A DNA stretch of 64,000 nucleotides from Myxococcota bacterium (GCA_965223705.1 OZ245015.1:4160001-4224000); one strand, 5' to 3'; shown: positions 9,674 through 19,545, numbered from the stretch's first letter. Notes: generated from the sequence alone by a model not told the origin. Program-made: numbers and translations.

Positions 9674-10060
9674 GTGAGCGATCCTTCCATCATGTTCGAA
9701 CCGCTCTCCGGCCGCTGTTATTGCGACAAGATCCGCTTCGAAGTGACGTCGGAGCCGCTCGAGACGGTGGTCTGTCATTGCCCGGACTGCCGGCGTGCGA
9801 TCGGGGCACAATCCGTCGCCTGGATCTTCGTGGCGACGGACCGCTTCCGCGTGGTCGACGGCGAGCTCGCGAGCGTCAGCATCCGCCCCGGAATCGAGCG
9901 ATTGTTTTGCGGAGCGTGCGGAACATCCATCGCGTGGGTGAGTGACGAGTATCCGGGTCGCATCGACATCACGGTGGGAAGCCTCGACGATCCGGCGCGA
10001 GTGCCTCCCGAGAAAGCGGTCCATCGTCGCCACCGGATCCCCTGGGCGTCGCGAATCTAA
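9674..10060 (+). CDS. GFA/CENP-V family Zn-binding protein
   Basis: GRCYCD, CHCPDCRR, RLFCGACGT, VGSLDD. Confidence 0.92.
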   Translation: MSDPSIMFEPLSGRCYCDKIRFEVTSEPLETVVCHCPDCRRAIGAQSVAWIFVATDRFRVVDGELASVSIRPGIERLFCGACGTSIAWVSDEYPGRIDITVGSLDDPARVPPEKAVHRRHRIPWASRI

Positions 10061-10064
10061 GGGA

Positions 10065-11309
10065 ATGAGCGGTTTCAAGGCGCCGCGACTCCCGCTGAAT
10101 CTCGCCGGCAGAGCGTTTGGCGCACATAAGTACGAGACCTACCGCTGGTTGCTCGAGCATGCGCCCGTGTGTCGGGGGCGCATCGGCTGGCTCCGCTTCG
10201 TGCTGGTCGCGCGCTATGAAGACTGCCAGGCCGTACTCGCCGACCCGCGGCTCCTTCGCAACCGCGGGCGCGCGAGAGGACGCGGCGGCCCGTTGCCTTT
10301 TCCGCTTCCAAAGAACGTCGCCGCCTTGGCCAAGAGCATGATCGTCGAAGACGACCCGGAGCACCGCCGCCTGCGCAATCTCGTGAACAAGGCGTTTACG
10401 CGTCGCGCCGTAACCCGGCTGGAAGCTCGCGTCGAAGCCGACGCACACGCGCTCCTCGATCGCCTGCCGACCCAAGACCGTGTCGACCTCTTGAAGGATT
10501 ACGCGCGACCGATTCCGACGAGTGTCATCGCCGAGATGGTCGGCGTCTCGAAAACAGAGGTCGACCGATTGAAAGACACGCTGCGGGTGCTCTCGGACGG
10601 GTTCTCGGGCTGGGGACTCGTTCGGACGCTCTTTGTTGACTTGCGAAGAACGGGTCGCTTTCTCCGAGAGCTCATCGAGAAGAAGCGCGGCGATCCCGGC
10701 GAAGACATTCTGTCCGACTTGATTCGCGCCGAGGAAGACGGCGATCGCTTGAGCGCCGATGAGCTCGTGAGTCTCGTCTTTCTGCTCATCATCGCGGGAT
10801 TCGAAACGACGCAGCATCTCATCGCAAACGGCGTCGCCGTCCTCCTCGAACATCCGGAGTCGTGGGATGCGTTGCGTCGCGATCCTTCGCTCATGGGCTC
10901 CGCAGTCGAGGAAATCCTGCGCTTCCGCGGCCCGATCCACGGAACGAAACCACAGTACGCGACGCAAGACTTTACCTTGGAGGGGGAGCGCATTTCGCGG
11001 GGCACTGCCGTCATGCCGCTCCTTGGCGCGGCGAACCGCGACCCTGCGGTGTTCGATGATCCCGACGAATTCCGTGTGACGCGCACGCCGAACCGGCACT
11101 TGAGCTTCGGTTTCGGTCGACACTTCTGTCTCGGGGCACAGCTCGCGCGGATGGAGGCCGCGGTGGCGCTGCGCGTGCTTCTCGAGCGGAGCCCGGAGCT
11201 GCGACTGGCCGGCCTTCCGGGCTCCCTCGAACTCGCGAACACCGTCGGGTGGCACCGCTACACCGAGCTCCCAGTTGTTCTCGGCAAAGCGGGTCCGGAC
11301 GTGCGCTAG
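10065..11309 (+). CDS. Cytochrome P450
   Basis: AGFETT I-helix, EEILR (ExxR), FGFGRHFCLG heme ligand. Confidence 0.95.
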   Translation: MSGFKAPRLPLNLAGRAFGAHKYETYRWLLEHAPVCRGRIGWLRFVLVARYEDCQAVLADPRLLRNRGRARGRGGPLPFPLPKNVAALAKSMIVEDDPEHRRLRNLVNKAFTRRAVTRLEARVEADAHALLDRLPTQDRVDLLKDYARPIPTSVIAEMVGVSKTEVDRLKDTLRVLSDGFSGWGLVRTLFVDLRRTGRFLRELIEKKRGDPGEDILSDLIRAEEDGDRLSADELVSLVFLLIIAGFETTQHLIANGVAVLLEHPESWDALRRDPSLMGSAVEEILRFRGPIHGTKPQYATQDFTLEGERISRGTAVMPLLGAANRDPAVFDDPDEFRVTRTPNRHLSFGFGRHFCLGAQLARMEAAVALRVLLERSPELRLAGLPGSLELANTVGWHRYTELPVVLGKAGPDVR

Positions 11310-11318
11310 GTTCCCGGT

Positions 11319-11510
11319 GTGACCAAGCTCTCGTGGCAACAGGCATTGGCGCTCCTCGTGGTGAGTTCAATCGCGAGCTTTGCCGCCGGTGCGCTCTTGA
11401 CGAAGGCCGTTCCCGACATCGGGATGACCAGCGCCGCGACCACTCCCGCCGCCGACGCAGAAGCCTTCGACGTCATCATTTCCGGGAACGGTGCCACGGG
11501 CGCCTGGTAG
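11319..11510 (+). CDS. Small exported/membrane hypothetical protein
   Basis: 63 aa with hydrophobic N-terminus; fills the gap between P450 and the convergent LLM gene. Confidence 0.45.
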   Translation: MTKLSWQQALALLVVSSIASFAAGALLTKAVPDIGMTSAATTPAADAEAFDVIISGNGATGAW

Positions 11511-11512
11511 CC

Positions 11513-12436
11513 CTATCCCGCGTTCGCGGGTGCCAACGCTTCGAGCAACGCCCAATCCGGAACGCACGCATAGCCGAGCTCGACTCCGTGCACCTTCGGC
11601 GTGAGGGGTTGTCCGCCCTCGGCCGATGCGACCGCGTTCACCGCCACCTGTGTCGCCCCGGCGTCGAAGTGTTGCGCGATGCGTCGGCGGATGTCGTCGA
11701 CCGTGCCCCACGCCACGAGGGCGTCGACCAACGCGTCACTCCCACCGTTGTCGAGGTCGGCTTCGCTAAATCCGTAGCGGAACCAGTTTTGATAGTAGTT
11801 GGGAGCCTGCGCGTAGAAGTTCAAGGTGTGTCGACCGATCGCGCGAGCACGATCCGGGTCTTCGCACAAGACGGCGTGCTGCATCGTGCAAATCCACTTG
11901 TCGGGCCCCAAGATCTTGCGTGAACGCTCGGTGTGTTCGACCGGGCAGTTCGCGGGGATCGTGCCATTCGTTCGCGACCCGGCGAGCTCGGTCATCTTCG
12001 GCCCCAGTGCCGCGAGGACAAGTGGCGGATCCTCCCCCGGCAGCGCGGGCTTTGAAGCGTCCATGGCGTCCAAGTAGTTCCGCATGAAGGTGAGCGGTTT
12101 TTCGTAGGTGTGTCCGCGCGCTTCGCTCACGAGAACTCGGTGTGAGACCCCGAGGCCCATGATGAAACGGCCGCCCGAAAAATCGTGGAGCGAGCGCGCA
12201 CCCTGTACGGACGCCATCGGATCGCGCGCGTAGACGTTCGCGATGCCGGAGCCGACCTCGAGGGTGTCGGTCGAGGCCAGCAAGTGTGCCCCGCAGGCGA
12301 AGCTCTCGTGGTGAAGCGCCTCGACGTACCAAAGCGTCTCATAGCCCAGGGATTCGACCCGGCGAGCGGTCGCGGAGAGCTCTGCGCCTGTAAACGCATC
12401 GGAGTAGAGAAACATTCCGAGACTTCCAGTCTTCAC
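11513..12436 (-). CDS. LLM-class (probably F420-dependent) oxidoreductase
   Basis: GSGIANVYAR, GRFIMGLGVSH, LAALGPKM, HFDAGA; GTG start with GAGGAGG RBS. Confidence 0.88.
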   Translation of the reverse strand: MKTGSLGMFLYSDAFTGAELSATARRVESLGYETLWYVEALHHESFACGAHLLASTDTLEVGSGIANVYARDPMASVQGARSLHDFSGGRFIMGLGVSHRVLVSEARGHTYEKPLTFMRNYLDAMDASKPALPGEDPPLVLAALGPKMTELAGSRTNGTIPANCPVEHTERSRKILGPDKWICTMQHAVLCEDPDRARAIGRHTLNFYAQAPNYYQNWFRYGFSEADLDNGGSDALVDALVAWGTVDDIRRRIAQHFDAGATQVAVNAVASAEGGQPLTPKVHGVELGYACVPDWALLEALAPANAG

Positions 12437-12484
12437 AAGACCTCCTCGATCGGTGCGTTCGTCGATCCATCCTATCATTGACGA

Positions 12485-13333
12485 ATGCCGAAAGACGTCA
12501 CGGTCTGCCTCTCGTTCGACTTCGATGCGATGTCGGTCTGGATCTCGAGTTTCAAGACCGACTCCCCAAACGCGCTTTCTCGGGGAGAGTTCGGGCGCGT
12601 CGGTGCACACCGCGTCCTCGACCTCTTGCGGGAGCGCGGAATCCCGTCGACCTGGTTTATCCCGGGCCACACGATCGAAGCGTTCCCCGAAGCTTGCCGC
12701 CAGGTCGTGGAAGACGGGCACGAAGTCGGCCACCACGGCTACTGCCACGAGAATCCGCGCTCCCTCTCCGATGAAGAAGAGCGGAACGTATTGCTGCGGG
12801 GCTCCGCTCTCATCGAGAAACTGAGCGGAGCGAAGCCCGTCGGCTACCGCGCCCCGGCCGGCAGCTTCAGCGGGCGAACCATCGGCCTGCTGACGGAGCT
12901 CGGGTTCCGCTACGACAGCAGCATGATGGGGGACGACTTCTCGCCCTACTACTGCCGGGTCGGCGATGAGGCGCCGGTTGACAGCCCCTTTGTATTCGGC
13001 CGGAGTGTGGATCTGGTCGAGCTACCGTTCTCGTGGAACCTCGACGACTTCCCCGCCTTCGAATACACCGCCACGAGGCGAGGCATCCAGCAGGGCCTCG
13101 CCGACCCGGACCGGGTCTACGCGATTTGGCGCGACGAATTCCGATATCTGTACGACAGGATCGGCTCCGGCGTATTCGTGCTGACGATGCACCCCCAAAC
13201 CATCGGGCGTGGGCACCGGATGCTCATGCTCGAACGTCTGCTCGACGACATGGCCGGGCGCGAAGGCGTGCGCTTTGACACCATGGCCACCTATGCGGCG
13301 CGCTGGCGCGAGCGCCACCCGCCGGCGTCTTAG
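12485..13333 (+). CDS. Polysaccharide deacetylase family protein
   Basis: SFDFD, HEVGHHGYCHE, GYRAP, YDSS, LTMHP (NodB motifs). Confidence 0.92.
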   Translation: MPKDVTVCLSFDFDAMSVWISSFKTDSPNALSRGEFGRVGAHRVLDLLRERGIPSTWFIPGHTIEAFPEACRQVVEDGHEVGHHGYCHENPRSLSDEEERNVLLRGSALIEKLSGAKPVGYRAPAGSFSGRTIGLLTELGFRYDSSMMGDDFSPYYCRVGDEAPVDSPFVFGRSVDLVELPFSWNLDDFPAFEYTATRRGIQQGLADPDRVYAIWRDEFRYLYDRIGSGVFVLTMHPQTIGRGHRMLMLERLLDDMAGREGVRFDTMATYAARWRERHPPAS

Positions 13334-13638
13334 CCGTCCACCATGACGTGCTCTTCGGTGAGCAGGATGACGAGGTCTCCCGAACCGTCTGTGGCGCTCT
13401 TCCTGGCGCGCTGGCCCTCGGGCTTGTCGAAGATGGCTTCCATGTGTTCGCGCTTCTCAAACCACACTTCTGCAGCGCCATCGTAGGCCTGGTCGTCCGT
13501 GGTCGAGAGGTTGATGCAGTAGCGAACCAAGCCGGGCCACTGCTTCACCTTCTCCGCGTGCTCCGAAAGCCACCAGCTGCGGAATTCGTCGATGGGCATT
13601 CCTTCAGGGCGCTTCAAAATCCCGACGACTTTGAACAT
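13330..13638 (-). CDS. EthD family protein
   Basis: LKRPEGM...EFRSWW..EH...PGLVRY...YDGAAEVWF. Confidence 0.88.
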   Translation of the reverse strand: MFKVVGILKRPEGMPIDEFRSWWLSEHAEKVKQWPGLVRYCINLSTTDDQAYDGAAEVWFEKREHMEAIFDKPEGQRARKSATDGSGDLVILLTEEHVMVDG

Positions 13639-13866
13639 CGGCTCCTCCTACTTCGTCTGTGATTCTACGCAGAATCGAAACGCCGGGGGTGGAACGTGCT
13701 CGAAAAAGTGATCTTGCTCACGCCTTCCGGCGATCAAAGCCGCAACACTCGGCGTCGCATTTCCCTTGAGGCGTGTCTCTACGCCCGGATAGACTGCGTC
13801 TCCGGCTTTGGCCCACTGCAAAACGCGGCGAGAAAACCCCGAAGCTGTCATGCAAGGAGAGACTGA

Positions 13867-14310
13867 ATGGGACTGTTTGACTTCGTGAAGGAGGCCGGAG
13901 AAGGCCTCATCGGAGCGCTGGGCAAGAGCCGAGACGAGGACTCGAAAGCGCTCGAATCGCGTGTCCGCGATCTGGGAATCTCCGTCGACGGACTCCGGGT
14001 CGACGTCGACGGTGAAAAAGCGGTGCTGCGTGGCAAGGCGGCGAACCAGGCGGATCGCGAGAAAGCCATTCTCGCCGCGGGCAATACGCCCGGCATCGCC
14101 CAGGTCGAAGACGAGATCGAGGTCAGCGCGCCGGAGCCGGAATCCCAGTACTACCGCGTAAAGAGTGGGGATTCGCTTTCGAAGATCGCCAAGCAGTTCT
14201 ATGGCGATCCGATGAAGTACCCCGTTCTCTTCGAAGCGAATCAGCCCATGCTGAAGGACCCGGACAAGATCTATCCGGGGCAGGTGTTGCGAATCCCTCC
14301 CCAATCATAA
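13867..14310 (+). CDS. kbp: BON + LysM protein (Kbp/YgaU-like)
   Basis: MGLFDFVKEAGE N-terminus; YRVKSGDSLSKIAK...IYPGQVLRIP LysM domain. Confidence 0.92.
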   Translation: MGLFDFVKEAGEGLIGALGKSRDEDSKALESRVRDLGISVDGLRVDVDGEKAVLRGKAANQADREKAILAAGNTPGIAQVEDEIEVSAPEPESQYYRVKSGDSLSKIAKQFYGDPMKYPVLFEANQPMLKDPDKIYPGQVLRIPPQS

Positions 14311-14364
14311 GGGGGGTAACTGCGATCGTACCCGCGCAGTCATGCGACGGGAATTGGAGGAACG

Positions 14365-14811
14365 ATGAAAAGAATCATCGCGATCACGCTTGGAATCGGA
14401 ATGACGGTTGCCCTGGCTGCGCTTTCGGGCTGCAGCCGCGATGACGCGCAGCGCGGCGCGGATGCCGTAAGCGAAGCGGCGAGCGAGGCTGCCGATGTTG
14501 CTTCCGACGCGGCAGACGCAGCCGGCGACGCCGCCTCGGACGCCATGAACGCGGCGACGGACGCCGCATCGAATGCGGCGGAGGCCGTGGAGCAAAAGGC
14601 GGAAGAAGGCGCTGAAGGCGCGAAGGGCATGCTCGGCGCGGCAGCTAGCGCGCTCGGCGCGGACAGCCCCGCCGATGTGTGCCGCAAGCTCGCCGGTGAG
14701 GGCGCTTGGGAAAAAGCCCTCGAAGTCTGTCGGAAGGCCCACGAGCTTTTCCCGGATGACATGGCCATCGAACACGCGCTTCAGCAAGCCGAGGCCGCCG
14801 CCGCGGAATAA
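14365..14811 (+). CDS. Ala/Asp-rich lipoprotein
   Basis: Signal peptide with lipobox LSGC; GGAGG RBS; followed by a terminator. Confidence 0.8.
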   Translation: MKRIIAITLGIGMTVALAALSGCSRDDAQRGADAVSEAASEAADVASDAADAAGDAASDAMNAATDAASNAAEAVEQKAEEGAEGAKGMLGAAASALGADSPADVCRKLAGEGAWEKALEVCRKAHELFPDDMAIEHALQQAEAAAAE

Positions 14812-14834
14812 CGCGGGGACTTCGTTCGAAGAAG

Positions 14835-14866
14835 AGGCGGGAAGCGTGAGCTTCCCGCCTTTTTTT
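14835..14866 (+). terminator. Rho-independent terminator
   Basis: AGGCGGGAAGC-GTGA-GCTTCCCGCCT followed by a T-tract. Confidence 0.92.
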
Positions 14867-14975
14867 GTTGGGACTCTCCCCCATCGTACGGCAAACGCCC
14901 GATCTCGAACCGTGCCGATTCTTCCGAAGACGTGGACTCCGACAAAAGCTGCCCGAACGTGGCACTGGAGGCCCT

Positions 14976-16607
14976 GTGAAAGGATCGGATCTCTTCGTCC
15001 GCTGCTTGGAGAACGAAGGCGTCGACACCATCTACGGAATTCCCGGCGAAGAGAATATCGACGTCATGGAATCCCTCCATGACAGCACGATCGAATTCGT
15101 CACCACGCGCCACGAGCAAGGCGCGGCGTTCATGGCCGACGTTCACGGCCGACTGACGGGCACAGCCGGAGTCTGCCTGGCGACCCTCGGTCCCGGTGCG
15201 TGCAACCTCGTCACCGGAGCCGCCGACGCGAACATGGACCGTGCGCCGATGGTGGCGATCGCCGGGCAAGCGGACACCGGCCGCATGCACAAAGAGAGTC
15301 ATCAACACGTCGACCTCGCCCAGCTCTTCGCTCCGGTCGCGAAGTACGTCACCCAAATTCGCGAAGGCGGGGTCATCCCGGAAGTGATGCGCAAGGCCTT
15401 CAAGGTCGCCGAAGGCGAAAAACCGGGACTCTCGTTCGTAGAACTTCCGGAGAATGTCGCCGACGCCCCGGCCGTCGGCGAGCCGCTCAGGCCGCAACAA
15501 GCGACCCAGGCGTACCCACATCCGGGCAAGGTCCGACAAGCGGCGGACGTCATCTCGTCGGCGCGCTCTCCGATGATTCTCGCCGGGAACGGCGTCATCC
15601 GAGGAAACGCGTGTCAGGCGCTTCAGGCCTTCGCTGAAAAACTCAACATTCCCGTCGCAACGACGTTCATGGCGAAAGGCGCGATTCCCTTCTCGCATCC
15701 GCTCTCTCTCGGGAGCGTGGGTCTACAAGCGAGGGACTACGTCGATTGCGGCTTCGAGCAAGCCGACGTCATCGTGTGTGTCGGCTACGACATGGTGGAG
15801 TATCACCCGCGGCTCTGGCATCCCAACGGAACGAGCCGCTTGATTCACCTCGACGCGTCCCCAGCCGAAGTGGATGCCCACTACATCCTTGAAACCGGCG
15901 TGGTCGGTTCCATCGCGGCCGTACTCGAAGCGGTCGCCGAAATCGCGAAACCTTGCGATGCGAGCCCGGTGCGGGCCTTGCGGGAAATCGTCGTCGAAGA
16001 ACTGTCGCGATTTTCGGACGATCTCTCGTTCCCGATGAAGCCGCAAAAAATCGTGTCCGACCTCCGGAAGGTCCTCGATCCGAGAGATATCGTGCTCAGC
16101 GACGTCGGTGCGCACAAGATGTGGATGGCCCGGATGTACGAAGCCGAGGCGCCCAACACGTGCATCATCTCCAATGGTTTCGCATCGATGGGCATCGCCG
16201 TACCGGGCGGCGTCGCGGCGAAGCGGATTCATCCCGACCGCAAGGTCGTCGCGGTCTGCGGTGACGCCGGCTTCCTGATGAACTCTCAGGAAATCGAAAC
16301 CGCACTGCGCGTCGGGACACCGTTTGTCGTGCTGATTTGGAACGACTCGAAGTACGGACTGATCGAGTGGCACCAACATCGAAAGTTCGGCCGAAGCAGC
16401 CATATCGATTTTTCGAACCCGGACTTTGTGAAGTACGCCGAGAGCTTTGGAGCGAAGGGGTACCGCGTAGAAAGCGCGGGCGACCTCGTCCCGACGCTCC
16501 GACAGGCGCTGGCCGACAACACCGTATCGGTGATCGACTGTCCGGTGGACTACTCGGAGAACATGAAGCTCACCGAGAAGCTGGGCCAGCTCGAGCTGCG
16601 GATCTGA
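14976..16607 (+). CDS. ThDP-dependent acetolactate-synthase-like enzyme (possible 2-oxoglutarate decarboxylase)
   Basis: GIPGEEN, RHEQGAAFMAD, GDAGFLMN...WND ThDP motif; GTG start with GGAG RBS. Confidence 0.9.
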   Translation: MKGSDLFVRCLENEGVDTIYGIPGEENIDVMESLHDSTIEFVTTRHEQGAAFMADVHGRLTGTAGVCLATLGPGACNLVTGAADANMDRAPMVAIAGQADTGRMHKESHQHVDLAQLFAPVAKYVTQIREGGVIPEVMRKAFKVAEGEKPGLSFVELPENVADAPAVGEPLRPQQATQAYPHPGKVRQAADVISSARSPMILAGNGVIRGNACQALQAFAEKLNIPVATTFMAKGAIPFSHPLSLGSVGLQARDYVDCGFEQADVIVCVGYDMVEYHPRLWHPNGTSRLIHLDASPAEVDAHYILETGVVGSIAAVLEAVAEIAKPCDASPVRALREIVVEELSRFSDDLSFPMKPQKIVSDLRKVLDPRDIVLSDVGAHKMWMARMYEAEAPNTCIISNGFASMGIAVPGGVAAKRIHPDRKVVAVCGDAGFLMNSQEIETALRVGTPFVVLIWNDSKYGLIEWHQHRKFGRSSHIDFSNPDFVKYAESFGAKGYRVESAGDLVPTLRQALADNTVSVIDCPVDYSENMKLTEKLGQLELRI

Positions 16608-16657
16608 TCGTGCGGAGACAGCGTCTGCGAGTTCCCGGAGCGAAACCCTCGGAACCG

Positions 16658-18043
16658 ATGCCGGTGACAAACCCGTTCGATCTGTCCGTGATCGGAGAGG
16701 TCGAAACCGCGGATGACGCCGGCGTCGAGCTGGCGCTCGCGAACGCGCGACGCGCTTTCGACGACCGCGATGGCTGGCTCAAACCCGCGACGCGCGTCGA
16801 CATCCTGGATCGCGTCGGGAGGCGGATGGCAGCAGAGCGCGAGGAGCTCGCGGAGGAGGCGACACGAGAAGGCGGCAAGCCTCTCAAGGACTCCCTTGTC
16901 GAAGTCGATCGCGCGATCGACGGCGTCAGGAACTGCGCCGAGCTCATACGCGGGAACGGAGGTCGAGAAGTTCCGATGGGCGTAAACGAGGCGTCGCTCG
17001 GTCGCGTGGCGTTTACCCGGAAGGAGCCGATCGGCCCGGTGCTGGCGTTTAGCGCCTTCAACCACCCGCTCAACTTGATCGTCCATCAGATCGGACCCGC
17101 GATCGCCGCCGGCTGCCCGGTGATCGTCAAGCCCGCCGACGCGACGCCTTTTTCGTGTTTTCGAATCGTCGAGATGTTCCTCGATGCGGGGCTTCCCGAA
17201 GCGTGGTGTCAGGCGCTCGTGACCCGAGACCTCGACCTCGCCGGCCGAATGGTCGCCGACCCACGCGTCGCGTTCTTCACCTTCATCGGAAGCGGGCGCG
17301 TCGGTTGGGCGCTCCGCAGCAAGCTCGCCCCGGGAACGCGGTGCGCCCTCGAGCACGGAGGTGCCGCACCGGTGGTCATTGCTGCCGATGCCGATCTCGA
17401 CGAAGCCGCGACCCTGCTGGCGAGAGGCGGCATGTATCACGCCGGGCAAGTGTGCGTCTCGGTGCAGCGCGTCTTCGCCGACCGGAGGATCGTCGATCCG
17501 CTGACGGATCGGCTCGCTGCGGCGTGCGGGAAACTCGAGCTGGGTGACCCCTTGCTCCCCGACACGGATGTCGGACCCCTCATCCGGCCTCAGGAAGTGC
17601 ACCGTGTCCATGACTGGATCGAAGAAGCGCGCGCCGCAGGGGGCCGCGTCGTCACGGGCGGACAGCCGCTCGAACCGTCGTTCTACCACCCCACGATCCT
17701 TCGCGACGCCCCCCGCGAAGCCCGCGTCAATTCGCAAGAGATCTTCGGGCCGGTGGTCAGCATCAACCCGTGTGACGATGTCGACGAGGCCATTCGCGAA
17801 TCGAATCGCCTCCCCTTTGCATTCCAGGCGGCCGTCTTCACGCAATCGCTCGACACGGCACTCGACGTCGGTCAGAGGCTCTGCGCCGCAACCGTGATGG
17901 TGAACGATCACACCGCCTTCCGGGTCGACTGGATGCCCTTCGCCGGACTGAGAGAATCGGGCTACGGCGTCGGCGGGATCCCCCACACCTTCGAAGACAT
18001 GCAAACCGAAAAGCTCTGGGTCATCCGCTCGAAGGCCCTGTAG
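16658..18043 (+). CDS. Aldehyde dehydrogenase (ALDH21-related)
   Basis: AFNHP, FIGSGRVG, LEHGG, GQVCVS catalytic Cys, EIFGP. Confidence 0.93.
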   Translation: MPVTNPFDLSVIGEVETADDAGVELALANARRAFDDRDGWLKPATRVDILDRVGRRMAAEREELAEEATREGGKPLKDSLVEVDRAIDGVRNCAELIRGNGGREVPMGVNEASLGRVAFTRKEPIGPVLAFSAFNHPLNLIVHQIGPAIAAGCPVIVKPADATPFSCFRIVEMFLDAGLPEAWCQALVTRDLDLAGRMVADPRVAFFTFIGSGRVGWALRSKLAPGTRCALEHGGAAPVVIAADADLDEAATLLARGGMYHAGQVCVSVQRVFADRRIVDPLTDRLAAACGKLELGDPLLPDTDVGPLIRPQEVHRVHDWIEEARAAGGRVVTGGQPLEPSFYHPTILRDAPREARVNSQEIFGPVVSINPCDDVDEAIRESNRLPFAFQAAVFTQSLDTALDVGQRLCAATVMVNDHTAFRVDWMPFAGLRESGYGVGGIPHTFEDMQTEKLWVIRSKAL

Positions 18044-18142
18044 AGCCTCCGCGACCCGCTAAGGTGTGCCGGAACCGGCGTCCGACTTCGATTCGGACAG
18101 CTACAGCGACTGGGACCGCGTTTGCACCACCGCATCCGCAAG

Positions 18143-18715
18143 ATGGAAGCGCTCGCCTACGACCTTTTGGCCCGCTTTCGCGAGCGGCTGGGTCGCGGCT
18201 CCGCCGGCTTTCGGGCGCTGACCGAACTCCCGGCGACCCGACCCATCGACGTCCTGGTGCTCTGCCAAGGCAACGTCTGCCGCAGCCCTTACGCGGAAGC
18301 CAAGCTGCGCGAGGCGCTCGGCGACCCCGAAGAACGGCGCGTCCGCGTACGCTCGGCCGGCCTGTTGACCACGCCGGGCAAGCCCGCGCACCCGACGGGT
18401 TCTGAAGTCGCACGCAGGCGGCGCGTGGACCTGACGCAACATCGCACGCGAGACGCCGACCCCGAACGGCTCTTCGCAGCGCACGTACTGCTCATCATGG
18501 ACCCTTCGCATCGCCGACGAGTTGCGGCAATCGATCCCTCGCTCCTGCGGAAGACGATGTTCTTTTGCGCGCCGGCTGTCGCAGAAGGCGTACCCCTCGT
18601 CGTTCCCGACCCTTACGGTCTGCCGACCGAAGTCTTTGAGGCGTGCTTCGATCAGCTCGATCGCGCTGCGGCGGTCCTCGCGCGCGAACTCCTCGATCGA
18701 CTCGACGTCCCGTGA
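18143..18715 (+). CDS. Low-molecular-weight protein Tyr/Arg phosphatase
   Basis: CQGNVCRS P-loop, SAG, DPY general-acid motif. Confidence 0.88.
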   Translation: MEALAYDLLARFRERLGRGSAGFRALTELPATRPIDVLVLCQGNVCRSPYAEAKLREALGDPEERRVRVRSAGLLTTPGKPAHPTGSEVARRRRVDLTQHRTRDADPERLFAAHVLLIMDPSHRRRVAAIDPSLLRKTMFFCAPAVAEGVPLVVPDPYGLPTEVFEACFDQLDRAAAVLARELLDRLDVP

Positions 18716-19377
18716 ACGAGGTGCGGGGCCGACTCGAGGAGCTCTTGCCGGCGGAAATCGCGGTGCGCGTCTGCGCAGCCGATGTCGCTGCGCCCGTAGG
18801 GTTTCCCGAGGAGGAACAGACGATCTCGAGGGCGGCCGAGCGCCGTGTGCGCGAGTTTCGTCTCGGCCGTGCGCTGGCCCGCGAATGCCTCGCCGCACTC
18901 GGAGAACCGCCGGCGGCGATCCCGATAGGCGAGAACCGTGCGCCCCGGTTTCCCGAGGGCTACGTCGGCAGCGTCTCCCACTGCGCGGACGCGGTGTGTG
19001 CCGTGGCAGCCCGGACGCGTTCGATTCGCAGCGTCGGAATCGATATCGAGCGCTTTGCGCGCCTCGGCGAGCGGCTCGAGGAGCGGATCTTGACCCCTGG
19101 CGAGGCGCAAGAGCTACGCGCCGTTGCACCGGAAGAACGCGCGGTCCGCGCGGGCCTGGCCTTCAGTGCGAAAGAAGTGATCCACAAGAACGTCTCGCCG
19201 CTGTTTGGACGCAATTTGCGCTTTCTCGACGTGTCGATCGCGTTCGAGTTCGACGCCGGTCGGTGGTCGGTCTCGTCGGCGTCCGATCGCTCGCGCGACC
19301 TTCCCTGGTCGGATTTTCGCGGCGTGCACAGCCGGAGCGGCGACCTCGTCGTGACCGCTGGCTACTTCCCGGCGTAG
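18712..19377 (+). CDS. 4'-phosphopantetheinyl transferase (EntD-like)
   Basis: RREF-like RVREFRLGR, GSVSHC, VGIDIE, FSAKE; GTGA overlap with upstream stop. Confidence 0.9.
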   Translation: MNEVRGRLEELLPAEIAVRVCAADVAAPVGFPEEEQTISRAAERRVREFRLGRALARECLAALGEPPAAIPIGENRAPRFPEGYVGSVSHCADAVCAVAARTRSIRSVGIDIERFARLGERLEERILTPGEAQELRAVAPEERAVRAGLAFSAKEVIHKNVSPLFGRNLRFLDVSIAFEFDAGRWSVSSASDRSRDLPWSDFRGVHSRSGDLVVTAGYFPA

Positions 19378-19406
19378 CCGGCGTTTCAAACTGGAAGCGT
19401 CTCCCC

Positions 19407-19438
19407 TTTCGTTCTGAAACACCTCTTTCAGAGCGAAA
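19407..19438. repeat. 13-bp inverted repeat (terminator or enhancer-binding site)
   Basis: TTTCGTTCTGAAA-CACCTC-TTTCAGAGCGAAA, one mismatch. Confidence 0.7.
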
Positions 19439-19529
19439 CGTGCCCCCGCAGGGTCCCTAGCGGCAGCTGGTTGCAAAGACCCTCGATTTTTCTCTTGAGA
19501 TTGAACGGCAATGTTTCGATGGGGCCTGA

Positions 19530-19545
19530 TGGCACCAGCGTTGCA
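19530..19545 (+). promoter_or_regulatory. Sigma54 -24/-12 promoter of flagellin
   Basis: TGGCAC-CAGCG-TTGCA, exact consensus spacing. Confidence 0.85.

Noticed and set aside
14440..14600. Repetitive GACGCC/GCGGC tract as a possible repeat array
   Set aside because: Low-complexity Ala/Asp coding sequence of a lipoprotein, with no repeat-spacer structure
19461..19475. Second sigma54-like motif CGGCAGCTGGTTGCA
   Set aside because: GG-to-GC spacing is 9 nt rather than the required 10
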